Source: Octopus sinensis (Eukaryota). From it: a stretch of DNA of 64,000 bases. The notes under the pieces were generated by a model that was not told the origin of the DNA, made no database searches, and saw only the letters and a list, made by a program, of their open reading frames with translations. Within the stretch, counting starts at the first letter, position 1, and every line of letters starts with the position of its first letter. Of this stretch, positions 11,857 through 25,820 are shown one piece after another. The stretch covers positions 106,144,001 to 106,208,000 of the forward strand of contig NC_042999.1 in NCBI RefSeq assembly GCF_006345805.1, read 5' to 3'. A program made the position numbers and the translations under genes.

Positions 11857-14800
11857 TTCTGAATTCTTAGTAGCCGTATCACGTCGTTCAGATTTGTCAA
11901 TGGATGTATGTGAATGCCTTTAACGTACTTTACTCTGGTGCAAATTTTCGTACACATTCCGTGCTTAAGTTCACAATACTTGGAGGCTATGAAGTTGAAA
12001 CGGTCATGAAACCTCACTTCGCTAATTGGAGGGAAAAGGTATTTTCAGACATTGAAAGAAGAGTATTTGGATTCGTTCTTTTATGCACTTAATTCAAATC
12101 CCTTTGCAGTAAACTAGCCTGTGTTCCTTCTGAGGCCAATAAATTAAGTGCTATTTAATTACCTAGGAGAATTCCGTCAAACCTATCGAAACAAAATGTA
12201 TTTAGGTAATGTATTTATGCTCAAGGTCATTATTACTATCATTAAATGTCGCGCTGGTAATCGGAAACTTTAGAAGAAATAGATGGTAAAAATGCCTCGA
12301 GACACTTTTGTTACGTTTTATGTTCACATCCAATGGAGATAGAATTTGTCTGTCGTTTCACAAGTGTAATAAAATGCAGATATATTCAGTACTAAACATA
12401 TCTGATTCATTGCACAATTACCCATATAACGTGGGCATGTACGAATTAAAATCTTTATTATGCTCATCAGAATTGATAATGTTCTTAATCCTTCTTTTAT
12501 ATGTTCTCTTTAGGAAATCTCAGACAAATTGGTTGAACATTAACAATTTCCATCTTATAAGTGGGATGTGGAATGAAAGGAAACTTCTTGGATTAATTTT
12601 TAGATGATGATAATTAACAATATGTTGAGTGTCAGATTCGTAGCACAGATTATCATTAGCCAAGGCGGATATTTAAATTAGTTTTCTATTTGAGGAAAGA
12701 CAAGTTATATTTAATTTATAGTTGGATTGAAAAGGGGTTCAACGTTAAATATCTACTATTCGTCTATTATTGTAAAATACATATAAAGTTTAATAGTAAG
12801 TTAATTGACACGGTTGCTTCTAGTTGTGTTTATATGGTAAATTATCAATAGCATAGATGAAAATGAAAATTACTAACACTTTGTTTTCTACCTTACTCTA
12901 ATGTGTACCGAATAGTAGTTAAATAATAAATATAAATTAGCCTGAGCACTCTTACGTAATAGCCATTTTAAAATCAATGTATAGATCAATGTATATATAA
13001 AAATTAAGAGCATGATTATAATTTTTTTCTTTCAAATGCAGCTACTGTTATGGAAGTGCAAATATGAAAACATAATGGAAAAGTATGCATTCAATAGGAA
13101 ATTATAAAAAAGAATAAAACAGAAAATAATGGGAAGAAGCAAGTTAGTGCCTTATACAGCCCAACTTCTCATATGATTTTGTTATATACGTTAGTCATCC
13201 TCATAATGTGTATGTACTAGCTAACTCGAATGAATAATCAAAAGGTTGTAACTCGTAGCATGTATAGCTAGTAAAATATTAGCGAATGGATCATTGTGTG
13301 AAAACATTTTTTAAAAGTGCTTCACATATAATGAATTAAAAATAACGCGTACGAAATCACTTGTCTATTATTAAGTTATATTTAAATTACATATACAAAG
13401 TAAGTGAACATATTTCATCCATCAAGCATTGTATTTTGTAATATTTCAGATCAAATTTGCATGGCAGGAATTAAATTTGTGAATGCCTATTGCGACTACA
13501 TTCCCGATCTTAAGGTAAGTTGTTCTGTAGTATTTGGGCTTATTTCCTGTTTTGGGGTTGATAATCTGGGAATACTCATTCAATAACCTTGGGTTTCAAC
13601 AGGGGAAAAATGTATCTTTCATAAACTCCTTACAACGAAATTGCTATTAATACCTCAAAAGCTACGTACTTCAAATATTGAATTTGCGTTTTGTACTTTC
13701 TGCTTTACATTTTGTGTAATGAGAGGGCAGGACATATAAATCATATAGCAACTGATACGATTTTCTTAATACAAAGGAACTGTTCTTTTGTTTCACTTGG
13801 CCTTACGTGAGAATTTAATGAGTACAATGCCAAAATGCATTAAAGCAAGGCTGAATATGTTTTCATATTCATTAGTAATTTACTTTCTACAAGTTAATCT
13901 GTAGAGAAAGGAAACATGCTTTTGTTATGGAGAAGGAAAACATTTTATTTGAAAATGTGATACCAACTAGTTTTAATGTTGAATGATTTGGTATTGTACT
14001 GATGCTACAAAATAATTCACCTGGTGCTCTTGTTTTCTTCACATAAAATCTAATTCCTTTCCATCCTATATTCACATAGTTTCTACTCAAGCTACTCTTT
14101 GTATATATGTATATGCCATTTTCTGATGGATTAATCTAATCGATACTGGTACTAGAGCCGAAATTAGCTAATAATATCTCCATAGCTTACAGCCTATTAC
14201 TTACGTTCAGTAAAAAGTACCAAATACATTCATAAATTGATCAAATACAGAAATGGAAGAAAAGATGTATAAGAAATACTGGCTTCTATTGCAAGAATGA
14301 AAAGTAAAAAATATCTTTACACTTATTGAATTGATACATTAATAGTAACAGTAACTCGGAATTGTTTTACTCTGGGATTTGCATCACAAAAGCCATTAGT
14401 TTCTAAGTTACGTATCAGACCATAACAGATATTATTACTGCATTATTCCTAAAAGGTGTGAAATTAATCCTGTATTTTAGAATAGGGTGAATAATCTGTT
14501 AGAAAAGGAAATCATTCTGATTCTTGCAAACAAAAACTAAAAGAATATTGTAATAATATCAGTCCACATACAAAGTTCAATTAAGCAAATACCTAACACC
14601 AAGACAAAAACAAAAAAATATCAAATATAAACCAATTAACTGGGTTATTCAGTAGAAGAGTGGTCTGAGAAAAGGATAATCTATATACATGAAAAAGGGA
14701 AATGACAAACATATTCTTATGCTTCTTTCTGATGTTAACAAAAAGCAACATTAAATATTTCTTTGATGCAGTTACCATGTTAAACTAAGAGTCTAAGAAT

Positions 14801-15193
14801 AGAGGTTAAAGGAAATCAATATGGTTTATATAATCAGTAAGTGAGATAAATATTATTTATTTTCTCTTTTAGTTGCTAAACTCCAAGACATTCAACATGT
14901 GCCATTGCTATGAATATCATACGCCTCGCGTGGAGAGGATTCTAGATCTTCACAAAAGTATTTGATAGGAATATGTAGATAGCTTCAAACAAAACTGATA
15001 TTTAGATGTTTAACTTATTACAAATGATATAGAATTTGAATTCTTTGGAGTTGGAGCAAATTGCATATATTTCTAATTATACTGAATCACAATTGTCCTC
15101 TTCCTTTATATGCATGCGGCAAGCGCTACCAAATGGCAGGAACATGTGTATCGATGAAAATAGAAGTTTGGCTTTGTAGCATCTTAGTGTATA

Positions 15194-15238
<45 letters not shown>

Positions 15239-15395
15239 TATATATATAGATCCTACCATGTATATGTATATATGTAGATATATATGTATATGTATACATA
15301 TATGTATATATGTAAATATATATGTATATGCATACATAAGTATATATATATATGAATATGTATATATATGTCTAGAGGTATATATGTATATATAT

Positions 15396-15447
<52 letters not shown>

Positions 15448-16182
15448 TATATGTGTATATATGCATATATATTTATTTACTACCCACAAGGGGCTAAACA
15501 CAGAGGGGACAAACAAGGACAGACAAACGGATTAAGCCGATTATATCGACCCCAGTGCGTAACTAGTACTTAATTTATCGACCCCGAAAGGATGAAAGGC
15601 AAAGTCGACCTTCGCGGAATTTGAACTCGGAACGTAACGGCAGGCGAAATACGGCTGCGTGTTTCGCCCGGTGTGCTAACGTTTCTGCCAGCTCGCTGCC
15701 TATATGTATATATATATACATATATATGTATGCATTATGTATGTATGTATGTATCATATGACACACAGTAGCTTTCATAATTAGTTGCAAGAGAGATAAT
15801 TTAGACGCACCTCAGATGTACATATAATGAATTTTACCTATATGAATTGGATAATATTTAGAAGATATAAGCATATACCTTCATTTTTCATAATCTCGCA
15901 CAGTATATAAATAGATACTGGAATGTATTATATAGTTTGGTAGGTAACAGGAATCCAGGTTTAAAAATGTACGCCACTCTCATACGTATACACACGCACA
16001 CACACACATACATTCAGAAACTGATACACATGTACACATATGCACGTTTAGTTTCACTATTCCCATAGAGAATTATATCACGTGCTAACATAGAAGTTTA
16101 TAAATTCTCATGATGCCAATATACATACATATAAATAGATTATTACATACTTACATGCATGCATACATACATACACACACAG

Positions 16183-16220
<38 letters not shown>

Positions 16221-16391
16221 GTATATATATATACACATATATGTATGTATAAATTTATTTCTATATATTCATATGCAGATATAGACAGAGAGGCTACTGG
16301 ATAGAGAGATAGAGTGATATATGAACACAAATTCGTATAAGCTTGCATATGTACATACATACATAAATCCCCCCCATATATATATATATAT

Positions 16392-16435
<44 letters not shown>

Positions 16436-18752
16436 GGTGCACATAAATGTTTAGAGATAGACACGAATGGGTGTATATATGTGTTCGGTGGTAGAGTGTA
16501 ATAGTGATACACTTCCGTGCATGTTTATACACAGATGTCGAATGCATACATGTATATTAATTTATTATCTTCAGGGGAATAACAACACTGGCAGTTTGGT
16601 ATTATTAGCAACATAAATAGAAACAGAATCCAGATACACGTTGATACACGCCTAAAGAAAAGAAAATGTCACAACGCAGAGAAGCCGCTACAGTTATCTA
16701 TAAAGGTACACCAACGTACACAAGAGCACACGTGTAACTACAAACATGTATGCATATATATGCGTGTATGTACGTGTGTGTGCATGAGTGCGTGCATGTG
16801 TATGTGCATGTGTGTGTGTTCATTTGTGTGTGTGTATGTATAAGAAGAGAGGAAAAATAGAAAGAATGAGTGAAATAGACAGAAAGATACACAGATACTC
16901 TCTAACCAGACACAAGTAATATATGCGTGTGAAAATGTGAATGTGTCTGTGTCTGTCTGCCTGTATCTGCATTGCGTGCATGAATGAATGCAAGACACTT
17001 TTTATTACATTATGTCGATGTAAAATGCATGTAAGGAAAGTGTATTCATTGATATTAAAACAAATTTCGTTGCAGTGTTTGTGGATAACCAGGTATTACA
17101 GAACAAAATGTTTAGAAGATTATGTTTTCCCCTTAGATGAATATTTCAGTAAATGACATCTAGAATTAAATTTTACATGGTTCATTCGTGAACTCGTAGA
17201 GAGATATGTGAATGATACCGACTCCTGTTTCTACAATCTGTCCTGTTACGATTGTCTGTCGCTTCAACGGTAACTTTACCCGATTCACTCGTCAATTGCA
17301 CCAGTTTCTCTTGAGTACGTAGATGCGATATAAGCCGATACGTAAGACACAGCTTGAGAATTAAATAATATATGGATGTAGAACTGTGTTGATAATGTTT
17401 TGCGATTGAATTAGTAACGGGCTGCTCTTCATTCAGCTTTTTGTTTAGTTTATCCGACTTCCAGGTGTTTTCTATGCAATTGTACGTAACGCTTAACTAA
17501 AATTTCTAAGCTGCAGCAGTAGAATTTCAGTGTACTTGACATTGTGCTTGCAATGCAGTTAATCATTCCAATGTCTCTTTTAATCACCGAATTGACGAAA
17601 ACGCTGTTGGTTAACATACAATACTCATCTTGGCCAGCTATGGTTCCTACGCTTATTCTTTTATGCTATTTCTTCTAAAACCTCTCCTACTATATTCTCC
17701 AAGGATTTGTGTGTTCAGCAGCATAACTATTCAGTATTGAATTTCTATTTAGTATGTACTTCATTCACTTACTTTTTAAACGATTCCCTCTTCAAGAAAT
17801 ACCTATTTGTGTATTATATTAGAATTTCAACTCCTATTACTAACTGCAATGCTAGACGTTACTAGTGAGTGTTCAGGGGACTACATTATTGTCTCGGTAT
17901 CATCTTTCAGTAGACCCAGGTTAGAAAAGGTATAAATGTAAAATTTTCAAAACTGGTAGTCCCTCAGAAGAAATTTGATTTATTACTGTTTACCTGACAC
18001 TGAAGAAATATAAAACTCCGTAGGAAATTCTCTATACTTTATATATCAACTTATGACGTGGATACAATCAGATAAATTTATTCCTAATTGATAGGAAACA
18101 AAAATAGAACGTTATCATGACAATTGAGAAAATACTTTAGCGGTGAACTTCAATTATCCTTATATTAGACTAGAAGTGTCTAGCGGTATATTATGTGATT
18201 ATAACTAGATGAGCAAGAGTGACCTCACTGCGGGAAATATTTTTATTCACATTATATCATTATTTTCCTCCGCAAAACCAATTTACACTTAAAGAATCAG
18301 CCTACATATATGTAAACAGTCACTATGTTGAGAAACAATTGATTGTTGTTTTCAGCGGGAGAATAATTATATTATTTATTATATAAAGCCATAGGATCTG
18401 ACGGCATTTAACTAAAGCCAAATGCTACATTTGATACTGGTTTCATTCAGTTATTTTAGAGTCATGTAGTCAAGAAGTAATGTTTTCTCAATATTTTGAT
18501 GGAAACGTAGAATGATAAGCTTTACTTTCGATAGTCGACTTATTTGAAAAAGAGATTATACAATCTATAAAACCAGATACAGCTTCCTGTTGCCACTGGT
18601 GCAACACCTCGTGCACTGTAGGTCTAACTTGTGATTGATTGCATTTTAGTATTTATAGTTTTCATGTTCTACTTGTAGACTTTCAGAAACTCAGAAAAGG
18701 GAGCGTAGAAGAAAAAATACAATATGATGATAATTGTGATGTAGAGAGTTGA
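11857..18752 (+). other. Chain of candidate exons of an unidentified, probably decayed gene or lncRNA
   Basis: Segments bounded by polypyrimidine-AG and GT: 11857-11905 (SEFLVAVSRRSDLSMD|gtatgt), 13042-13142, 13450-13514 (QICMAGIKFVNAYCDYIPDLK|gtaagt), 14873-14957, 17076-17148, 18679-18752 (stop). Some are phase-compatible, others contain stops. Confidence 0.25.
15470..15700 (-). mobile_element. tRNA-derived SINE (family B), well preserved
   Basis: Revcomp GGCAGCGAGCTGGCAGAAACGTTAGCACACCGGGCGAAA...GAGTTCAAATTCCGCG...GCCTTTCATCCTTTCGGGGTCGATAAATTAAGTAC...TGTTTAGCCCCTTGTGGGTAGTAAAT. Confidence 0.9.
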
Positions 18753-19198
18753 CAAGTGAAAAATGAATGTTGTTTAACAGTGACAATATAGTGTTGATGA
18801 CCATCAATATGATTATGATGAACAAGAGGCTAAAGACAATGACGATGATGATAACGGCTATGATGATTACGATGATGAAGACGACGCTGATGTTGATGAT
18901 GACGACGACGACGCTGACGACGACAACGCTGACGACGACAACGACGATGATGATAATAGCTTTGGACATTTCTACGTCAACATATATTTTGCATATGCAT
19001 ATCTGGTTAGATGTTGCGGATGATGAAGGTAATAACAATGACAATGGTAATTATTACGGTAATGGTCCAATGAGAATAATGATGATTGTGTTATCTCTGA
19101 AGAACATAAATCATCTAAAGCTGGTATAAGTTTGTCTACGATGTACTTCTGAAAGCTCTACACATTAATGCCTACTTACACAGGTATACACATATAAG

Positions 19199-19269
<71 letters not shown>

Positions 19270-19607
19270 AATGCCTATATATATATATATCTGACGACTT
19301 GAGAAAAGGCCACTTCGTGAAGCGCAACATTCAACCCCATATAAAGTATCTGTCACTCAAATGGGTGCTTGTAATGCAGAAATGATGAGAAATAAGCACA
19401 TAAGTGATCAAGTATCATGGACAATTGACAGTAACAGTATCACATTTTCATCTAATCAACAAAAAATGCAGCATCTCTTTTATGTTGTCCAGACTTCAAT
19501 TCCGGACTATATAAATGTTAGGTATTTATTAATGAGTGGTGTGAATATCTGACTGTCAAACAGTAAATTTCAGAGACACTTATCAATCCGAGAGCTGTTA
19601 AGAATAA

Positions 19608-22241
19608 CACTGGGCTACAAAGTTTCAGAAAAAATTTGGTTGTCTTATTGTACTGAGGGATTTTAATGCAGAACTTTGTGCTGATTCCAAAGATGTGTTT
19701 AGTTTTTCTATACCACCGACCGTTTGCGAGATATATCGAATTATGCAAATATACACATATCATACATCAACTATTATCATATATTATTCATACATCATAC
19801 ATGCATCATACATCATACATATCATCATACGTCATGCATACATCGTACACTATGCATTATACATACAACATATACCATACATACTTCATACATCATATGT
19901 CATACATATCATCATGTGCTCATATCATCGTATATCTGGCAACTGCTTGTGTAAGCAAAAGCTCTAACATCACTTCATCACAGGTTATTGTGTGACGTAA
20001 ATCTTATTGTAAAACATTTTTCTACTCTACTAAAAAATCATATTTTACCACTATTATTTGTATTGAAAGGTTTAAGTGAAAAGGCAGTTTGGGGGCTATA
20101 CCTGTTTGATCACAGATTGATCACGAGCACTGTACATTTGTCACTTACATTTCTTTCTTTTTCAGGTATTTATTGTAAATATTGAGTTTTCTTGACCATG
20201 GCCACAAGAGGATGCAGAAATTCACCACAAATATTCTGTTATGTGTGTGGATACTATGTTGGAAGAAAGCATGTAGTATATAAAATGGTGAGAGTTGCTA
20301 AATACTGGATTGCGTATAGTCTGTATTTTGGAATGAGTATGGATGATCAAGGGAAACCATGGGCCCCTCATGTGACATGTGGAACTTGTAGGTCAAATTT
20401 AGATGGATGGCTTAGACTTGCAAGAAAAACAATGCCTTTTGTTGTTCCGAGAATTTGGCGAGAGTCAAAAATCATTACGATGATTGCTATTTTTACATGG
20501 TAGATATATCAAAGTACAGGAGAGTTAAGGGAAGAAAAGCCCTTCCGTATCCTAGCATTCAATCTTCCATTGCACCTGTGCCACATGATGATAACTTACC
20601 GGTCCCACGGCCGCCTGAAAATGTTAGTACATCCTACCAAAGTGTTAATAACAAATTTAAATTTCATTCATAGTAACAGAATCAATATTTATATAATATG
20701 TGATTGCACGTAAAATTCTTATTAAGGTTTCAACTATTAAATGAAACCTTTTAAATATTTCAGGAAGGGGATATGATTGACATCTCAGCAAAAGAGTCTG
20801 AAGGTGTCGACAACGAAGAAATGGATGAGATATTTGAGCCAGAACGAGTACCTGTCCACGCTTTCCAAATCAACGTGAACTGAATGGTTCCATTAGAGAC
20901 TTTGGGTGTCAAGAAGTCAGGAGTTGAGTTTTTAGTATCTAAGCTGAATGAATGAATTCGCTTGGGGAAGGACTGCAGATTAACAGTATACAGAGGGCGT
21001 CATGAGGAATTCGAGGTATATTTTGACATAAGTGATTATCTCTGCGTCTGCAAAGATATAAATGTCTTGTTTACAGCTATTGGAATTGATCATAACCCTG
21101 GAGTGGCGAGTTTTCATAGATAGCTCAATAAAAAGCCTCAATGCTACTTTATTGCACAATGGAAATCAGCATCCATCCCTGCCTATAGCATACACGGTAG
21201 AGATTAAGGAATAATATGGCAAAGTAAAAGAGCTTCAAATGGGATGTTTGCGGTGAATTTAAAATGCTTTCATCTTACTTGGATTACAGTGTGGCTATAT
21301 TAAGTATTAGTGTTTCCTTCGCCTATGGGACAGTAGGGTTGATCATGAACATTACCAGAAGGCCGAGTGGCCCCCACGAGGTGGACACAAGCCAGGAAAG
21401 TTTAAATGTTATAAGACAACCTCTTGTAGAGTCTGCAAATGTATTGTTACCTTGACTTCACATAAAGCTCGGTTTGGTCAAACAGCCTGTAAAGGCTTTA
21501 GATCCTGGTGGAAAATCATTTCAAGAAATTGGTCTACTCTTTGCGTAACTATCTGAGGCAAATATTAGTGGTGATATATTTACTGGACCACAACTAAGGA
21601 AACTGCTGAGGTCAGTAAAATGTGTGAGTGATCTAGAAAGAAATGCAGAGTGTCCATTTTAAGATATTGTCAATGGAATCCTTGGTAATAACAAAGTCCC
21701 AAACTACAATCAACCTCTAGCAAAACCTATTGAGAGTTATAAGAATTTGGACTGTAGAATGTCATTAAGCGTATACATTTTGCATTCGCATTCAGACAGT
21801 TTTCGTGAAAACTTAGGTCAAGCGAGTGAGGATATTGCTACAATGGGGAAAAGATAACAAAGAAGATGGGACACTGCAATTATGGGATCTAATTATGGTC
21901 ATTGGTGCGTACAGATATAGGAGTTTACAGTAGGGGAGGATGGTCTCTGGTGCATTTCTTGTAAAATCTAATAATCTCATCATATTTCTGCTTACATTTC
22001 TCATTAGCTTAAAACGAAATATTAGGACAAAATATGTTTAGATCCTAATAATGCACAATGTGAATATTTTGTATAAAGTACTATCGCAGCTAAAGTTTGT
22101 TCCCATTCTCTAGAACGCCGCAATTATCTCCTAAAATATCGATGCTGTGTAATTTTCAAGGGTAGCTTTGAAACCAAGCGAACAAAATTACCTTAGAAAC
22201 ACGAGAAACATTTAGTGAAGCAAAACTTATGTAACTCAGTG
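19608..22241 (+). mobile_element. Full-length decayed Chapaev3-type (CMC superfamily) DNA transposon, 2634 bp
   Basis: Ends are TAA|CACTGGGCTACAAAGTTT and AAACTTATGTAACTCAGTG|TAA, i.e. CACTG termini, an imperfect TIR and a 3-bp TAA (TWA) TSD; the element encloses a transposase pseudogene. Confidence 0.85.
20198..21920 (+). pseudogene. Chapaev3-type transposase pseudogene with N-terminal zinc finger and a probable intron
   Basis: MATRGCRNSPQIFCYVCG...YFG...DQGKPWAPHVTCGTC...W...PRIWRE, NHYDDCYF, YPSIQSSIAPVPH; GT-AG intron candidate 20623-20763; then WRVFIDSSIKSLNATLLHNGN (~21104), WDVCGEFKM, LHIKLGLVKQ, FLHSH...ENLG, DIATMGKR. Multiple stops and frameshifts. Confidence 0.85.
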
Positions 22242-25200
22242 TAATTAGTTTCTCCCAAAGGTTTGATGCTATTGCTGAAACTATCAGATTAAAGTTACAA
22301 AATACGAAGATATCTTCATGACCATCGACACCAAAATCGACATCTACGTGGATAACAAACGTTAACTTTTCGAAGTGATAAGCTAACAGTCATTAGGTAC
22401 TGCATGGTTAGTAATCAAATTGCAGGCATGATGTACAAAATATCTGTTAATATCGCCCTGGAATTCATTTCTCTATCTGAAAAATCATAAACATCTCCCC
22501 ACCAATGAAAGAAAAGTATTTAACCGAAAATGTTTCCGGATATCATAGAGAAATTTGCAAAACGGGCAGTGGTTTTTCAGGTAATACTACCATCAAAATC
22601 CTAAATCTTCTGGATTAGATCCTAAAACGTTCTAGACGACATAAGTATTATAGGGAGTTGTTTACATTCATGCAGTTGCGATTTCTTCTCTCTACATTAT
22701 AAGTATGTGAGAACAGAAACATATATGTTAGAACTTTTCAAATCGTCATAAGCTGTAAATACAAGGGGTATAAGTCTGTTTTTGCTAATAACAAATGTGC
22801 TGCTACTATAACCAATTTGGTGGAGATCATGTTCAAACGACATGTCTAATTATTGTCACAGAAGATCAACCTTTCTTCACAGCACGGTTGCCACAAAGAA
22901 TATGTTCTGTGGTTACATGACCTTTATAACTAACAGAAATACAGAAAACATCTATGTATTTTCTAGAGTTTTCTTTTACGGTAAACCAAGAACCCTGTAT
23001 GGGATATTGTAATATTCGTGGATCACATTAATCATTACTGCACATTTCGAGGGCATACATCTAAGCTCTTCAATGTAAAATCAGTATTAGTTAACACTAC
23101 GTTCTGTTTCCGGTTCTTTTTGATGTCCTTACGTGTGTGACACATCGTTTCCTATATAATGAGCTGGGATCACGGAGTCAGTAAAATCTACCGATTGTAT
23201 AAGCCATCATACAAATGCACTGCGCTGGGAAACTTTTATATGAAAAAGTCATTATATGCAGTATGCTAATGATTATACGCTGATAGTTCATATACCCGAA
23301 GTGGTACATTTCACAGCTGTAACGTATTGGGTCTCAATCAGAAAATCGTCAGCAGGGGTAGCTAGGTCATGTACGTTTTACATTTGTATTATCACCTGTG
23401 CTCAAGCAGACCATGATAAGCCATTTTATAGATGACAAACTTTTAATGAAAGCTGACTACCACACAGATTAAGAAAACGATTAGGCCTTCAAAGTTGGAA
23501 TACAACATTTTAAAAGTTTCATTATTGGAGACAATATATCCAGTTAATGTCGGATAAACGAGAGACATACTGAGTTGCCTATCATCCCTTCGTAATATGC
23601 AGTCATGAAATATTCTACAAATAGCTGACAGGATTATTCGCTATGAATTTGGTGAATAACCATGTTTAATTAATCATGAATTTATGCAATGTGTGTGTGT
23701 ATGAATTCTGTTCACTATTTACATTTATGTGAAACTGAATTCATGTAATGAATTTGAACAAGTTTTAACAGCATAAATACAAGTTATTACTTTGATATAA
23801 CGTGTACCAGAATCTATTTACATGAGTTTAATCAGAAATAAAATCTGTAAGGCTTGTGTATGGCATTTGTTTAGAGACTGTATAAAATCTAAGGTTGTTT
23901 ATGAAAAAAAAAATATTTGAGATAATATATTTCAAATATTCAAATAAATCACACCAGCAAATAATAAAGATAAAAGATCAGAATGATAAGTAATATAAGT
24001 CCTATTTTGTATTGTTGCTTAGGCATTGGAAACTGACAAAGTGGATAAATTGATCACAGCGCATGCTATACATTAATGCTTGACAGAAAGGTGATTGAGG
24101 AAATGCAATTAAAATAACATACACTATCGGATTTTAAATTATTTCATGTTCTATTTATGTATTGCATTAATAAATACCTCTCTCACAACATACACATTAA
24201 TCCTGTTCCCAATGCAGTTTAAAGTAAATAATTGAAGTTTTATGTGTTGCTTATTTTATACTCTACTTCAAATGTTTTATTTCATTACTACATTTTTTTT
24301 AAATCTCACTTTTCGCAGCGTATATAGTTTCAGAAAAGAAATTCTCACAAATTATAAACAAAGCAAAATATAAAACACCGTATTTATTTGTGAAACTTTG
24401 CACACAAAGTGTTACATTTATCACTTGATACAGAAGAAATGTTCAAACCGATAAGCCTTAATTTACGGCAAATAATGTCATTGAATTTATCAAAGCAAGT
24501 TACAACTGTTCTTCAATAATCGTTATTTGTGATAATAACATATGGAAACAATTCTTAACGTAAGCAGTTCGAGTTTATTTTTTTATCAATTTTAAGCTGT
24601 TGTCATTTGTTGAATGATAAATATGTTTGCATAAGAAGTAAACTAGCATAGTAAAAATGTTAGGCAAGGGTTTTATTTATAAGATTCGAAAACAAAGAAC
24701 TGTGTTATCCATTGCCGTGTCTATACTTTAGGATTTATTCGGTTATAATCTATTTCTCACTTTAAACTATGTTCGAACAGATCAGAATTGGTCTTACACA
24801 GATTAAGTTGTTAAGATGAACATGATACTCTACAATTAAAACTATATGTGCACCGTGAAATCTTGTAGTGCTAAACATATTGAAATATGTCTCAAATACT
24901 TACATCAAATTTCAAATATTAAAATACCATAGAGTTCATATAAAAGTTTATTTCAATATTTACAATCATAAGATCTCTTTTAGAATAGAAGTATTTTTTC
25001 GGTCTGCAAAAAGTTAAATATCATTTGTATTCAGGTGCATAGCATAAGTGCATCTATATTTTGAGGTTTAAAACTTTTATCAAATCAGGCGTAGTTTATG
25101 GCGCTCGATTCTTTCTGCTATTGTAATTGGACCTAAGCAAATAGTCTTGTTTCACACCTTGTTTTCAAGCTATCAATACGCACTAAGGCACATGTAAAAA

Positions 25201-25429
25201 GTTTTAATGGTTTTATAGTTCTTTCTCTAAGACAAAGACCTATATTAATGTATGTGTATATGTGCGTGCAAGAGAATCTGTAAGTGTCTGTGTACATGAT
25301 AAAATACAGCTTTTGCAGTTACGCACACCTACTTATCATTTACTACTTATAGAGTTCAAGAATAGAAATTTCAAAATCTGAAATTCATTACAAGAGACAA
25401 CCGTCATTTAAGCTCGATATCCGGTAATG

Positions 25430-25820
25430 TACTCTAGGTACAAGGCCCGAATCTGGGGGAGGAGGGAACTAATCGATTAGATCGACCTAGTACGCAGCTG
25501 TTACTTAATTTATCGATCCCGAAAGGATGAAAGGAAAAGTTGACCTCGGCGGAATTTGAACTCAGAACGTCTAGACAGATGAAATACCTATTTCTTTACT
25601 ACCCACAAGGGGCTAAACACAGAGAAGACAAACATGGACAGACTAACGGATTAAGTCGATTATATCAACTCCAGTGCGTAACTGGTGCTTATTTAATCGA
25701 CCCCGAAAGGATGAAAGGCAAAGTCGACCTCGGCGGAATTTGAACTCAGAACGTAACGGCAGACGAAATATCGCTAAGCATTTCGCCCGGTGTGCTAACG
25801 TTTCTGCCAGCTCGCCGCCT
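25430..25820 (-). mobile_element. tRNA-derived SINE (family B), composite with a second 3' module
   Basis: Full head at 25600-25820 (A- and B-box-like motifs) plus a repeated GTCGA...CCCGAAAGGATGAAAGG...CCTCGGCGGAATTTGAACTCAGAACG module at 25430-25590. Confidence 0.9.

Noticed and set aside
17200-17680. Possible RTE-type endonuclease remnant on the minus strand
   Set aside because: Only a vague VNS...IGMI resemblance; not supportable.
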